Origin: the human T2T-CHM13v2.0 reference genome, Homo sapiens
DNA: 64,000 nt
Reading direction: 5' to 3' (one strand)
Assembly: GCF_009914755.1 (NCBI RefSeq)
Contig: NC_060928.1
Shown: positions 28,266 to 41,739 of the stretch, in pieces
Layout: the number at the start of each line of letters is the position of its first letter
Position numbering within the stretch: position 1 is the first letter of the stretch
Translations under genes and position numbers: made by a program
The notes under the pieces: model-generated
The model's database searches: none
Told to the model about the DNA's origin: nothing
Seen by the model: only the letters and a program-made list of their open reading frames with translations

Positions 28266-28792
28266 GGTACAGTTTTCTTACTTACTCCTCTCTGTTGACG
28301 TTGAGCCCAAATCATTATTTAAGGAGAGAAAGTCTCCTTCACTCACGAGACATACGTTCACTTCACCAGCATGTACTTATTCTAGCCCCACTCAAGCCAA
28401 GTAAATTAATTTAATTTGTTTCAATTCAAGCTACTGTAAGCTACATCAATATTAATACAGTTGCCTACAAAAATATATTCTTAGATAAAACCAATTAGTA
28501 CATTAGTTAATTTACATATCCTTTTTTCCACAGGGGGAAAAATGTAATGACCTGTAACTCACTATATTTAGAATGTCATTCCTTCAATTAATTAGCTTCT
28601 ACAATTGAAATTATAATATATTGTAAACTAAATTTCTGGCAGAGATATATAAAGATGTACACACTTAAATTTACCTTCAAAACTCAATGGAGTTAAAAAT
28701 GATAACTATAAAATATACTTTGATTTATAATTTACAAAGTCCTTTGCCTACATGATTTCATTAAAATATGAAAATCCTGTGCAACTTTCAGT

Positions 28793-29110
<318 letters not shown>

Positions 29111-29879
29111 TAGGCTTTGTAAATTTCTTTGAAATCCTTAATTTAAAGCATAACAAAAGTGGATTTATTATCATTTATTGTGCCATAAACAATTATTTCA
29201 TGATTGTTACTGTTATTTTGGTATTCTAAGGATTTAGGTAAAGAAAAGTGCTGTTTTTCTAGAATCTCTTCTCACTACATATGTTAAGTTCAATATGTTC
29301 AGCCTAATTTGACATAAGGTGCAGACAACGAGGCACCAATTTACTGAGCCTGAGGATACTTAAGATTGATGTTTTCATTTGATGTCTCACTTCCAAGCTA
29401 TATTAGACACTGTAGGTTATAGTCTGTGAGAGCCGGATTAACTCTCAGCATCCAAAATGCGTTTCAATGGCTTAGTGACAAAGGTTAATAAAGAATTGAG
29501 GATAAACATTGCAAAACAGTTTAAAATGATCCTGAAAATAATGTGACAGGCATTTCAATACTAAGAAATGTCACCTCTTTCAAAATAAAATAAGAGAAAG
29601 TAGAACACTATTTTTCATGAGGTACCTTTTGTTTGATTGTGAGCATGTCAACATTGTTTTGTCATCATTTGAGCACAGAAACACATTTTTCCCCATCCAA
29701 ATATTGTTGGTGATTAAAAATCCCCTATAAGTAAAAGCTTAGTTGGTCATTATTAAATGGTATTTTTAATGATTAATTCTTTAATTATCAATAAGTCACT
29801 AAAATAAAAAATTTTTTCCTATAATACACCCTTGGTAAACGAAGTACAACTAAAATCCATCTTGGCAGTTTTTTGTCTT

Positions 29880-30500
29880 TTTAATAAATGTTTATTGCAT
29901 ATCTATTATGTGTCAGATGCTGTTTCAAACTTTGAAAAGAGACAAATAAAACACAGTTTGTGCCATTGAATATCTTAGAGTTCAATAAATATTTTTTTAA
30001 TCTTAGGAAAAATAAATTTGTTAACTTGTTTGAGAATGAAGGAAATGCCTTATTAGCAAGAATATCTAATTTATATAAAGTTAAAAGCATAGTGATTAAT
30101 ATGATTATAATAATTCCATGTAAAAGAATGTCAGATCCATATTTTAATGTTAAAATTCAATGAGTTTTTTTTTTTTTGGCAAATATATGTGTTACTAAGT
30201 GCTACCCTCTGTGTTGTTTCAGGATAAAGGGAGAAAAAGACATACTTGTTTCCTGTTCTAATGGATCTTTTATTCTAGTAAAAGTCAGATTAAAATGAAG
30301 ATCCTAGAAAAGTAAACCCAATAATTACGATTAGCAATAAGAATGCATTCTACCAACAAAGGGCCCTGATATTGGGGTAGGATTAGGAAAGAATCACTGA
30401 GGATTTGACATGTTCTAGCTAGGAGTTACAGGATGAGAGTCAGTTTGAGAAGGAGGAAAGGCATGGAGAAGGCATCCTTAGAAGATGGAGCATTTCATTG
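29880..30500 (-). mobile_element. L2 3' fragments
   Basis: AATAAATGTTTATTGCATATCTATTATGTGTCAGATGCTG at ~29883; AGGAAAGAATCACTGAGGA-type tract at ~30385. Confidence 0.55.
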
Positions 30501-31238
30501 AACCGATTTCTGGAGCTTATTAAGATTATTCCATCAGTAATAAGCTTAATATCTGTGATTCCCCAAATTATGTAGAATTTTAGAGCTATGCCATGAGAAA
30601 ACAAATCAACCAAATACCAAATGCATCAATCATATTTTCTTTGCTACAGTCATGTATGAAAATAGGCAGAAACATGGATCCAGTTCTGGGTAACACAGGT
30701 TGTAAACCTTAGTTATAAGGAATGACCCCTTTAACTCCATTAACTTCTTTGCTGTGTGCATAATTTACTTTGAACTTGTTTAAGTAGAGGTTAGCCTACT
30801 TTCATTCAGCTCAAAACCCAAATTTGACCAGACACTAGAGAATACAAAAAGAATTTCACCAAATATTTCAGAAGACAAAACAATACATAATATAAACTAA
30901 TCTTAATATTTTTCAGGGACCTCATTTTAATTTATCTATTAAGATATTTACTGTTTTAGTTGTTTCTATTGGGGTTTTACACATGTGACTTTCCCAATCT
31001 ACTTAGAATTAATTTTTCATCACTCGAGTATGGAAGCCTTTCCACCACGTCGGCTCCTTACCTTCTGTCTTTCATGTTGTAGTTGCCAAATGTGTTACAA
31101 CTATATACATAGAAAACTCCATCAGACAGTGTTACAGTTTTTCTTTTCAATCATCACACATATTTTAAAGAACCAAACAGTGAAAATTTGTTATATATAT
31201 GCAGATATTTATCATTTCTGTGGTGATTTCTTCATTTC

Positions 31239-31589
31239 TGCTTTGAGCTGAACGCTGTGTCCTCCTCAGATCCAATGTGATGGCGGTAGGAGCTGAGGAC
31301 TTTTCAAGGTGATTAGGTCATGGAGGTGGAACCCTCATGAATGGGGTTGGTGGCCTAATAAAAGAGACCTCAGAGAGCCCAGAGAAATGCCTTTTCCCTT
31401 CTGCCAGGTGAGGGTGCATTGAGAAGACACCTTCTACGAGCCCAAAAGCGAGTCCTCAGCAGACACTGAATCTGACGGCACATTGATCTTGGATTTCCAA
31501 CCTCCAGAAGTGTGAGAAATAAATTGCTCTTGTTTATAAGCCACCTAGTCCATGATATTTTGTGATAGCAGCCCCAAAAGACTGACATA
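31239..31589 (+). mobile_element. MLT1A0-type MaLR solo LTR inserted in an old L1 fragment (~30930-31800)
   Basis: GGTGATTAGGTCATGGAGGTGGAACCCTCATGAATGGG...CCTCCAGAAGTGTGAGAAATAAA. TSD ATTTC/ATTCC. Confidence 0.88.
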
Positions 31590-31799
31590 ATTCCTGAAGG
31601 TCCAGGTTTCCCCTTGGTATCATTTCCCTTTGATCTTTCCCATTTCTTTAGAGCATGGTTGTTGGAAACAGTCTCCGAGTTTTCCTTCATCTAAGATTGT
31701 CTACATAATATTTTTGCTAACTTCAGAATTTGCACGGGTGCTTCTTTTTGTTTATTATTTTAAAAGTGTTATTCCCCTACCAGCTTGTCTCCATGGCTG

Positions 31800-32135
31800 T
31801 TACAGACAGGAAGGGCCAGTGAGACGTTAGCAGAAACCTGGGATAGTTCTCCCTTAAACTTCATGAAACTCTTGAAAGAAGGTGACTTAGCTGGGTGAAG
31901 TGTCACATTTGTCACTTGTCCTTCTCCTTATTCCTGGCTGGAAATCAGATGTTAAGTCTGTAGCTCCAGTGGAAAACCAATGACTTCAGGGATAGAAGAG
32001 AAGATACAGAAAAAAGCCTGGGCAATGGAAGATTCTTTTGAGTGTGAGGTCTGCTCTGGCAAGCCTACTCCTGGACTGCTTTTACGTGAGATCTCAAACT
32101 GGGTACCTGTTAGTAGCAGCTGCACTGAATTTTTA
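31800..32135 (+). mobile_element. Old MaLR LTR (MLT1J/K-like)
   Basis: GCCTACTCCTGGACTGCTTTTACGTGAGA...CTGTTAGTAGCAGCTG. Confidence 0.6.
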
Positions 32136-32969
32136 ATGGACATCAAAATCATGTCTCTTCCTTATCATACATGCCGGAAGAATCTCTGTTACATAACAAA
32201 CATTCTATATATGTATATTATTTAAATTGAATATGTTGCTTATATACATTTTAAAATTTATTACCATGGGTGGGAGAATGGAACAAACTCTCCTAAGTGA
32301 GATAGTGACTTCCTCTCTAGTTGCATGAAATGTGTTTTACATTTCACTATGTAACTTGTACGCACTAAAAAGCTTCTAACTTGTATTGTTGTCTTTTGAT
32401 ATGTATCTATATCTTATCTATATCTATCTTGATCCATAAAAAGATAGTAGACCCTGATTATTTAGAGATTGCTTCTCATGCCTCGTTTTCCAGAGGACCT
32501 AGCACTGTGCTTATACATGATGCTAGTAACAACTGAAGTTTACTAGGCTTGGTTTCTTCCTAAACCCCTATGTAATAGATTCTGTCTCTCTAGTCAGTAG
32601 CCCACTACTGAGGCAAGAAGATTTCAAAGGATGCTAAGATATAAGACAAGAAAATTATTGACCACACCATTCTATTTTGCATAAATGTAACCCTTTGAAA
32701 CATTTTAGATGCCAAAATATATGATATTTTTCTGCATATCTGAACAGGTGATTATGCTGGAGTTTTGAGGATCTTAAGATATCATGGAATGATAGGAAAG
32801 ATCCAAAGTGATTAGTGCTGAGAATATAGAAATAAGAACAAAGAGAAGGTGGGGAAAACAGTATTTATTACAAACAAATCGTTGTTCTTAAGAAATTGAC
32901 TATAACTATTAAAATGACTAGAATATTTAACTATGAATGTGCTCTGTCTGCTCTACCGACAGCAAAGAC

Positions 32970-33870
32970 TTAGCAATTTCTCTAAATCCTATCCATATTT
33001 TCTAAAGGTGTCAATTGCCCTTTTATATGTGTCAATTTCTACCACTTTTCTGTCACTTCCTGTGCCACAAATTTGCTCTTTTTCCTATGTTCATCATCTC
33101 ATTGAATGGCACCCCCATCTGCATGGTAGCCTGGGAAATATATTAAGGTATTATCCTTTAACCTTCTTTCTTTATCATCCCTATGTCCAGGTAATCTGAA
33201 ATTCTGTCAGAATATGCATCTTTAATCTATCTTAAACTGGCCCATTCTTAAAAATTTCTATCTATCTTGACCTTACTTTACCTAAATGATTATCACTCTC
33301 CTAATTGTTTCCTAATGGGCCTCATAGGCAAGACAAATCTTTCCTTATACTGCCTCTAGAATTATCTTTTCAAACACGGATGTGGCCATCCTTCTTTCTT
33401 ACAAATGACCTCATAGTCCCAAAGACAAAGTCTATACTCTCCCTAAATAACATTCAAGGCCCTCACTCACGCAGCTCCCTGATTCCCACGTCAGTATTTT
33501 TGTCCTCCTCCCCTTCCCAAAGCACACTCTCACATACGCGTTATTCTACCTGTAGTCATATTAAGCTACTTTCAATTCTGTGCTTTCTCTTAGCCTTCAA
33601 CCCTCTCTTAGGCTGTTGCATTCCTGTGGAGTGTTCCAATCCATGCACGTGCTACCATGCACCCACCTTTCTTCTTAGAACTAGAACTGAGTAACTTTGT
33701 TCTCTTACTAGAATTACCCCTGCACTATTAAGTGTGCATCCCTCTCCCACAAATCTCATTTCATCCACACAGAGAGAACTCTAGGTTGTCTAAGGGCTGG
33801 ACTCTGCCTTATTCACTATTATATCTGTAGCACTTAGCATGAGCCTGTTTGAGGAATGCTTAGTTAATCA
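32970..33870 (+). mobile_element. L2 3' region
   Basis: GAATGGCACCCCCATC...; CTTATTCACTATTATATCTGTAGCACTTAGCATGAGCCTG. Confidence 0.7.
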
Positions 33871-33944
33871 ATATTAGAAACTTCTCATTGCAGATGAGTT
33901 TATAATTCTTTCAGTTCTCATAGTCCTGTGGAAATGAAGCAAAC

Positions 33945-34000
33945 TGTGTGTGCATGCACGTGTGTGTTTGTGCGTGTGTGTGTTGTTTGTGTGTGTGTGA
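33945..34000. repeat. Degenerate (TG)n
   Basis: Directly visible. Confidence 0.85.
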
Positions 34001-35771
34001 TGGGGTTGAAGAGGTAAAGTATATTAACTTTCAGTGAGGTAATTGTCCTGATATTCATGCAGTCTGCTCTGCATCAGGATTACTTGAGGACCTGGCACGG
34101 GAACTATTGTCTAGCTCCTGGGTTGTTCCTGTTATTCTAGCTAACAGCAGTGATTACGTTTGAAGTTCTGTCTCATATTGTTGCACTTCTGTTGATATTT
34201 AATAAAAACTCAGAGAACAGCTTGCAAGAAGCAGTACTCATTCCTGCTGAGAAAAGAAAAAGAGAAACAAGTGAATCCTTTCCTAAGCAATTTCAAATGT
34301 TTCTGCCATAACCTTAATAGCATAATTTTAACTTCTTGGCACTGAGTGAGGTCAACATTGGTATACTTTGTACTAACGCATTATACCGGAAAATTGGATC
34401 CAGAGGTAAAATGGAGTTTCCTTTTCTCAAAAGTTTTCTAGCCAAGGTACACAATCTATGAACAAGAGGAATTTGATGAGAACACTGGTGAAGTGCATAC
34501 TCAGACAGTAACTTGTTTTCTCATGTCCTGAAGTACCAAAACCTTACTTCTTTTAGGCTCCCATTCATATTTACCATTATTTCTATTTTATATTATTTTC
34601 ATATAATTTCAACTACAGACTAGGGTAATTTATTTTATTGTAGAATATTTAGAAATCTGGGAAGCACCAACTAAAGCGAGTGTTTCTTGCATGAGTAGAC
34701 CCTTTTTAAAAAAAAATTACATTTGTGAAGAAATATTGCTGCATTTAAACCTCCTAGCAGTTAAAAAATGCTTAATTTCTAGTTTTAAGAGTCATGACAA
34801 CTTTTTCTTTTTAACACAATTTCTCTTAGAATCATTAAAGTCAATTGCTAATAATTGCATTGGCATTGTGATAACTTGAGATGTAACCAAGGAAAAGCAT
34901 GTTCAATATGGGTTACTAATTACACTAATAACAATTTATGCAAATTAGTGACTAATTTTACATTAGCATAGTGGTAATCACTTTAAGATCGTTTAGTAAG
35001 AATGATGGCCCAATCAAGACTAGGAAGTATTTTTTTTAAATGAGATAGAGAAATGAAAGATATAGGGTTTATTGCAAATAGTTTTTAACTGAAATCCAAA
35101 TATTAGTAATGAACTATTTTGAAAGGAATGTATTGAGTAAAACCCCATAATTTATCATTCATTTTCTTCTGAGTATTTTCCACACATTTTGATCTCTAGG
35201 ATATGGCACCTGGGCTAGAAATCTCTCAGGGACCGTCTCCATCATGATTTTTCTGGAATTTCCTGTTTGAGTCAGGATGAAAATATCCCCGATATGCTCT
35301 GTTTTTGGGGATTTAGCCCCGTGCTTCCACAACTTAGAGAATCAAGAGATAAAAGAAGCTAAAACAAGAGAAATGTGGTTAAATCATGATTTTAATTTTT
35401 CAGAGCTTCTTGCTTCATGTAAACTAAAAGTTTATGGATTATAATCCTCAAACAGCCATACATAAAAACTGTATTTAGATACTTTCTTTGCCTACTAACT
35501 TAACACAACTTGAGTCAAGGTTTGGAAGATTTCAGTATCGGCATATCTGGAGCTTTCTTAGCAAAACAAAGGTGACAGAGGGTTGTAATTATCTGAGCTA
35601 TAGCCATGTGAAGAGAAGATGAAGGACAACTGGGTATGCTGTAAACAATTGAGGATAAGGAGAGAGGAATTAGGAATTAAGTTTAGACAGCAACTTCTTA
35701 TACATCTTGGGCAAAATATTTCACCCCTCCAGCTATTGAACTCCGTTGGAGTGCTTCTAGCTTTTTATTTT

Positions 35772-35932
35772 TCTTCTTCCTTCCTTCTTTCATTCCTTCC
35801 TTCCTTCCTCCCTTCCTTCCTTCCTTGTTCCCTCCCTCCCTCCCTTCCTTCCTCTCTTCCCTTCTTCCTCCCTCCCTCCCTCTGTCCCTTCCTTCCTTCC
35901 TTCCTTGCTTCTTTTCTTTCTTCCTTCCTTCC
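35772..35932. repeat. (TTCC)n/(TCCC)n polypyrimidine tract (GGAA-type on minus strand)
   Basis: Directly visible; longest pure runs are 4 TTCC units. Confidence 0.95.
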
Positions 35933-35989
35933 ATTTTTTTTAAAGCGGTGGTCTTTTAAATATGTGACCTTAAGAATTTCAAATTTTCA

Positions 35990-36300
35990 CAAATATTCAT
36001 TCATTGTGTAATTTGAGAAATATTTATTGAGGACCAACAATGTGCTGGACACTGTTCAAGGTGCTGGTGCACGAAACATAAAGAGGATCAAAGCACATGA
36101 TGATGTGGTGAAAATAGAATTGAGTAGCAGGAATCTTGTCTTCTTGGACTATGCCTTGAACCTGGCAGTTGTCCTAGAGCACAGTTTGAAATCCATTGAT
36201 ATTTTCCTTCTCTTTCTAATAACCTATGATTCCACAAAGAAATAATGCACGTTAAGTAGCTGCCATCATAAATGTACCTAGGATTGCCATGATCAGGTTC
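35990..36300. mobile_element. L2 3' end (minus) followed by MIR fragment
   Basis: AAATATTTATTGAGGACCAACAATGTGCTGGACACTG; MIR-like tract at ~36110-36295. Confidence 0.5.
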
Positions 36301-38306
36301 TTGGTGTACAAGTTCATCCTATTTCACTTACATTGATTCGCTTTCTAGATGATACTCTACTTTGAGAAGAAGTAAGCAAATGGATCACATTCTTACTTTA
36401 ATGAGATCTTTGGCTGTCTTGGTCTCAGTTTTTCTGCTCTGTGTTCCTGTTCATTTTTATCTCACTAAAGAGGACACTGATGTTCTAAGAGTTACCATTA
36501 TTTTGCACAACCATCCAGGGAACTCTTAACCATTTGTTCCAATTTTATCTAACAAGTAATGATGGTGTGTCAAGGGATAGTTATATTCTATTTTATATCC
36601 AAGCAAGTCAAGCTAGAACTGAAATATGTTCTATTTTTTTTAATCTGGGCATAAAAGACAGAGACAGAGAGCGAGAGAGAGACTACCAGAAGATGGTGGG
36701 AGGTGAGAGCAGTTGCCATTCAGGATTTACAAGGAATAGTCATATCCCACAGTTAAAATATATAACCACTTATCTTTGCGGCCAGTCAATGATAATTTCC
36801 TCTGGCTCCTTCAGTTTGAATCTGCCAAATAATGTACCAGGTGTTTTCTTTTTCTCTTAAGAGAAAAAAATGATCTCTAAAATTATATGAAGTTTAAATG
36901 ATTTAATTCCTGGTTAGAAAATTTAGCTTGAAATCTAATGGTTATCATCACCTTATATTTCAATAATATTTCATTTCCCACACCTGCCTTCTAGAGCAGT
37001 TTCAATCATGAATAACAGTGGGGGAGAAAAATGATAAACATTATGTGCTCAGCAAAGGACTTAGTAGTGTTGAGCCAAGTTGGAAAAGGAGAACAACTAT
37101 TACTACAGGGCTGAACCTTGTGGGGAGTCTGGAGGTCTGCCCTGACAATCCCAAACTCTGCAACTTTATTATCTTTGTGGTTTTAAAAAGACTTGATCTT
37201 TCTAATATTACATTCTGAAAGGCAACTTAATAGATACTCTATTTCTGGAGAGCTCTGTATGCAGAATAATGGAAAATTCTTGTCGTGGTTGTCATGTTTT
37301 TTTGAAGAAGCAGCAAAGTGAAGAATAAATTTGGCTGATTTGCATGAAGTGTTAGTATTCACTGACAGTGATTCCTGAACTGAATTTTCTTTATGCTGTG
37401 GGAGAAGAGACGTGAAGCATTATTTCTAGCAGCTGGGATGGCTCAGGGATTTAAGGTACCATTTGGGGCCTTGCCAAGATGCTCCGCATGAACCTGGGAA
37501 TGTCAGTGCAGAGTTTTGGTGAATGAGACAGAGCTGGCATTTTATAGATGGAGCAGGTGTTGGCTTATGTGATACGACTTGAGAATGTGTAAGAAGGTCT
37601 TCATGATCAAATACCACACTTCCAGTATCCATCACATTATAGTCATTCCTCTGAGATAAGATCTGACATGCTCCTATTAACATGAAAATGAGTTATCTGG
37701 GAGGTGTATTAGTCACTGCTACCTTAGCAACAGTCAGCTTATCAGATAAAGTCTCAGAAAGTGGGATCTTGAATGAATGGTACTCACAGAGGCCAGTTTT
37801 GGTTAAGAGTACAAAGATGGGCCAGGACTAAGTGAGGAGATCCAGTGGAGCTAGCAGGGAGGGCCACAGGGGAGGGCCACGTACATGACTGTGGGATGAA
37901 TTCAGCCTTGACTCAGTTCCTACTTCCACCAAAGTAAGGAGTGTACAGCATCATTGTGCCATCTGGATATTTTTGTTTCACGGAAACTCCCTAGATGTTA
38001 ACCACATCCTGTTTTCCTTCAAAGCATCACTTAAACATACAGTGTTTAGCATACAGAGTGGGGATACTAAGTCTTCTTTCTCTACATCTCCAGCATTCCT
38101 TGATCCCAACTTAATTCTCTCCACTTAATTTTGACGAAAAATTTAACTTTCTACCTTCTTCTTGGCTCCATAGCTACCTTTGCATCACTGAAGACTCACA
38201 AATGGTTTCTGCCTCACAATGAGCTATCCACTCTATGTCCTAACCTTTGGAGGTATAGAAGGGGGAGGATTTGAAAGTTGAGTCTTTCCATTTTCCTTTC
38301 CCACAG

Positions 38307-38390
38307 GTTTCAGATAGTAGCTGAACATGGCATAGAAATTTAGGAATTTCTCTTCCTCAACAACCCCACCTGACACAAGCATCAGCCACG
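38307..38390 (+). other. Candidate non-coding internal exon (84 bp)
   Basis: Acceptor TCTTTCCATTTTCCTTTCCCACAG|G, donor ACG|GTGAGC. Stops in all three frames. Confidence 0.4.
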
Positions 38391-41300
38391 GTGAGCTTGG
38401 CGATGATCTCCCTTCCCCTTTGCTACGTAAGTGTGTTCTTTGATATGACTCAATTAACCAAAAATTAGCCATCATGTATCTTTAAATGGCTATTGACAAC
38501 GATTTCTGCTAGATAAGTGTTCTCTCAGGTCGTGTCCCTGACTAACCTGAGCTTACGACCTACCCAGAAAGGTTAGAGAGATATACCAGAACCAGAGTGA
38601 TAGATTGCCCATAGAAAGCAAGCAAGAGTTGGACACAAAGTGCTGAATGAGTGATAGAGAATATATGATCTTTGTTGTCCCAGTATCCTGTACTTCCTTT
38701 TTTGGTAGCTTTTATTGCAATTGTAATGAAATTAATTATCTGGATGTTATTTAACATCTTGCCTTCACCTTTTCTTTCACCTTCCCTTTCACATCCCCTG
38801 GGTGCAGGGTCCTGGCTTGATTTTACTTACCATTGTATTCCCAGAGGAACACAATAGGTTCAGAAGTTCAGAAAAGTGAGCAGTCGCTGTCCATTGTGAG
38901 GCTTAACAACCATGACCATTAGGGAAGGCTTCCCAGAGGTACTTCAATTCTAGCAAAGGGAAAGTCCAAAGATTGCTATGGATTAGTCAGGTGGTCCTAA
39001 GCCTTGGTCTACACCACAAGACTTCAATGACATACTTTTCAATCTGGGGATCTCCAAACTGTTGTTAGGTCAGGAAATAGTGGATGCCTCACATCCTAGT
39101 GTGACTTGGACAGATGGCCAATATAATCTGGCTTAACCTGTTCCTATGTGTGGTCCAGATTAAAGTCACCACAGAAACATATCCAGTTTCCATGGGTTTG
39201 GCATGATGGCAGCCTGAACTCTCAAGCAGTTCCCAAACTCTAGTTTGTTAACTGTTGCTTAAATAAGGGATCTGAACATTTGGAAAGTAGCTCCATGCAG
39301 CACCATATCTCCGAAATTTCTCACTGTCTTCAATGGAATAGGTCTTTGTCTTTCATTCTTGTATCCAACTCTCCTAGGATTCAAAATAAGATGGCAGTCG
39401 ACCCTTCTGTGGGATCCATAACTGTAGTACAGTGTGAATGGGAAGGAATCTTCAACCATAAATAGGTTTTTTAACCTTCTCTGCTCCTCCTGGAAAAGAA
39501 AGGCAGGCAGCTGGTAGAACATTTCTGCACTGTTCTCAATTAACTTTTGCTTGTTCCCCTCAGTGAGAAGAGAATGAGCCATCTCCACCCAACTGTGCTG
39601 TGACTGGAGCACATTAAGATGCACAAATAGCAGCCTAGCCTTTGAGTCTTTCTTTTCATATTTTTGCAGACAGCTTCAGTCCAAATAAGGTTCTTACTCC
39701 TCCTGAGATAATTCCTAACATTTCTAAATGGGTTTCAAATTCCCCACCAGTTCCACTATCAGTAATGAGCACCATATTTCACAAATGGGCCCGTGAGTTG
39801 TGCAGATGCACATTTTGTAACTGTATTCGGTTTCATTTTGAAATATTTTCAGGAACTCTGGAAAATAAATTATTTAGAAATGGAGGGGATAAACACCACA
39901 TTACAATTATAAAGTGAATATGGAGGACTAAGAAAAATTAAAATAAAAACACTCACTAGCAACATTCTAGAGTTATTTTACTCTCCTCTGCCTTGGAATA
40001 TTATGCATTTTGTTCTACTCAGGTGATTTTTGAGCTGCATTTTAAAAATTACTTTGAGTCTTGAATATGTTCTGTGGTGATAGAAGTTTGCCTTTGAGGG
40101 TGAACTTTAAATTTAGGGGGCTGCCCAAAGGACAGAAATAGCCCAATGAATAAGGTAGATGATTATGGTAGATGATATCAATTTAGTTGAAAAAAATAAA
40201 TGGAAATGGAAAAGATTTTCTCCAAATGGATTTTACGTTGCAGCATGTGAAGGCTAATAAATACCGTAATCTCTGAAAATGACTCTTTTAAGAGGTTGAC
40301 TCTAGATTGGCATGCTTTTTTCTTTTCTCATAGAGGCTATATGTATTGTGTTTTTATTTGTCCTCTCATTTACCTGGAATTATGTACCTAAATAGTGCAG
40401 CTGGAGCTGGATCTCACAAGCATCCTGGAATTCTGGTCCACTTCAAACAAGTATTTGATTACATCAAATGTAGTTAATTAAGATAATTACATTGTGCTTT
40501 TCCTCAGAAGAATACTAGAAGAAAATAAAAAACAGAAAAAACCTCCTGTATTAATAAATTAAATATTTGAAATGCTTCTGGAAGTGTTAAATTATCTTCA
40601 GGTGGGCAAACTTGTTCTAAATTCAAGCCCAGGTGGTACCTTACATTTTTTGGGGGGCGGAGGGGCGCTTCTCCTAGAGCATGGATTCAATTAAAGTTGC
40701 CTGACAGTGAAAAATCAACCTATTCTAAGATGCAGGCGAAGCTTTCTTCCATAGCAAAAGCACTGTTCTGCTTCTTGGCTTCAGTCATTGCTTTGTTTGC
40801 ACTTTTTTTCCCTAAGTTCACACTTAAGGCACATTTTAATGCCTGTGACCACCACCTATTTCCTGTTATTGTGTTTCTTATGATAGGCTGCCCTCCTTGG
40901 AACTCTTATCTTCTCATCATCTCTGAGTCCTTTTAGTTGAGGTGAATTTGCCAGAGGCAGGGAAAACTGAACGAGCTCTGTTCATATTTGAATGGGAACC
41001 ACACCATAGTATACTAAAATAAAGCATGACTATCCAATGTGTTTACCACTTTTGTTGTGGTTTTATTGTTGTGTTGTTTTAACTGTGAGCCCGAATTGGA
41101 ACTTTTTAAAATTTCAGACTTCTATTTTTCCCCTTTGTCTTTTTTTTTTTTAAATCTCCAAGCTTGGACCTTAATTTGTCAACAGATCTCTTTCACATTA
41201 TTTTTGGCTAAAGGCAGAAAGAAATTGTGTTGAAAAATATTATGAGAATACCTCTCCTGCTAAGTTTTGAGCCCAATATATATAGTAGACTCCAGAGGTT

Positions 41301-41739
41301 TGGATTATTCAGTTAAGATTGAATAAAACATCCAATGTTTTAGATTATCTGCTTAATTAAATCCCAACGCTGAACTGCTAGAGGTTTTCTTATCTAGAAT
41401 GAACTAAGTGAATATTACAGAGTGACCTAAGTTGTAGGCAAGTGAGCTACTGCTTATATGTGAAGGGAATCCAAAACCCAATTGGTATGTCTTCATAACA
41501 TGGCTAAGGACAAGTTGAGTTTATGTACATTTCTAAGGCCAATAGACGGTTTGCAGGACACTTGTTTCTGACATGATTAATATATGAAACGTGTCTGAAT
41601 TAATCTGATTATTTTACCAAGCTATATTTATTTCAAGATGAATTATTTAAAAAACCTATTTAACTGGTAAAAACTTGGATTCTTAAGCTCGGAGGAACAA
41701 GCAATTTAAAAAATTTCTCAGCATATGAACAATGGTAGC

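Noticed and set aside
35619-36011. 130-aa and 78-aa ORFs rich in LPSF / GRKE
   Set aside because: They are translations of the TTCC microsatellite.
38527-38561. Hairpin AGGTCGT...ACGACCT as a structured RNA
   Set aside because: Only a 7-bp stem with a 21-nt loop, expected by chance in 64 kb. No snoRNA, tRNA or miRNA features.
39259-39624. 121-aa minus-strand ORF in unique sequence
   Set aside because: Non-ATG start, no recognisable domain, no convincing splice boundaries, and a length compatible with chance.
40652-40668. GC box (GGGGGGCGGAGGGGCGC) as a promoter
   Set aside because: Isolated motif with no CpG island or other core promoter support.
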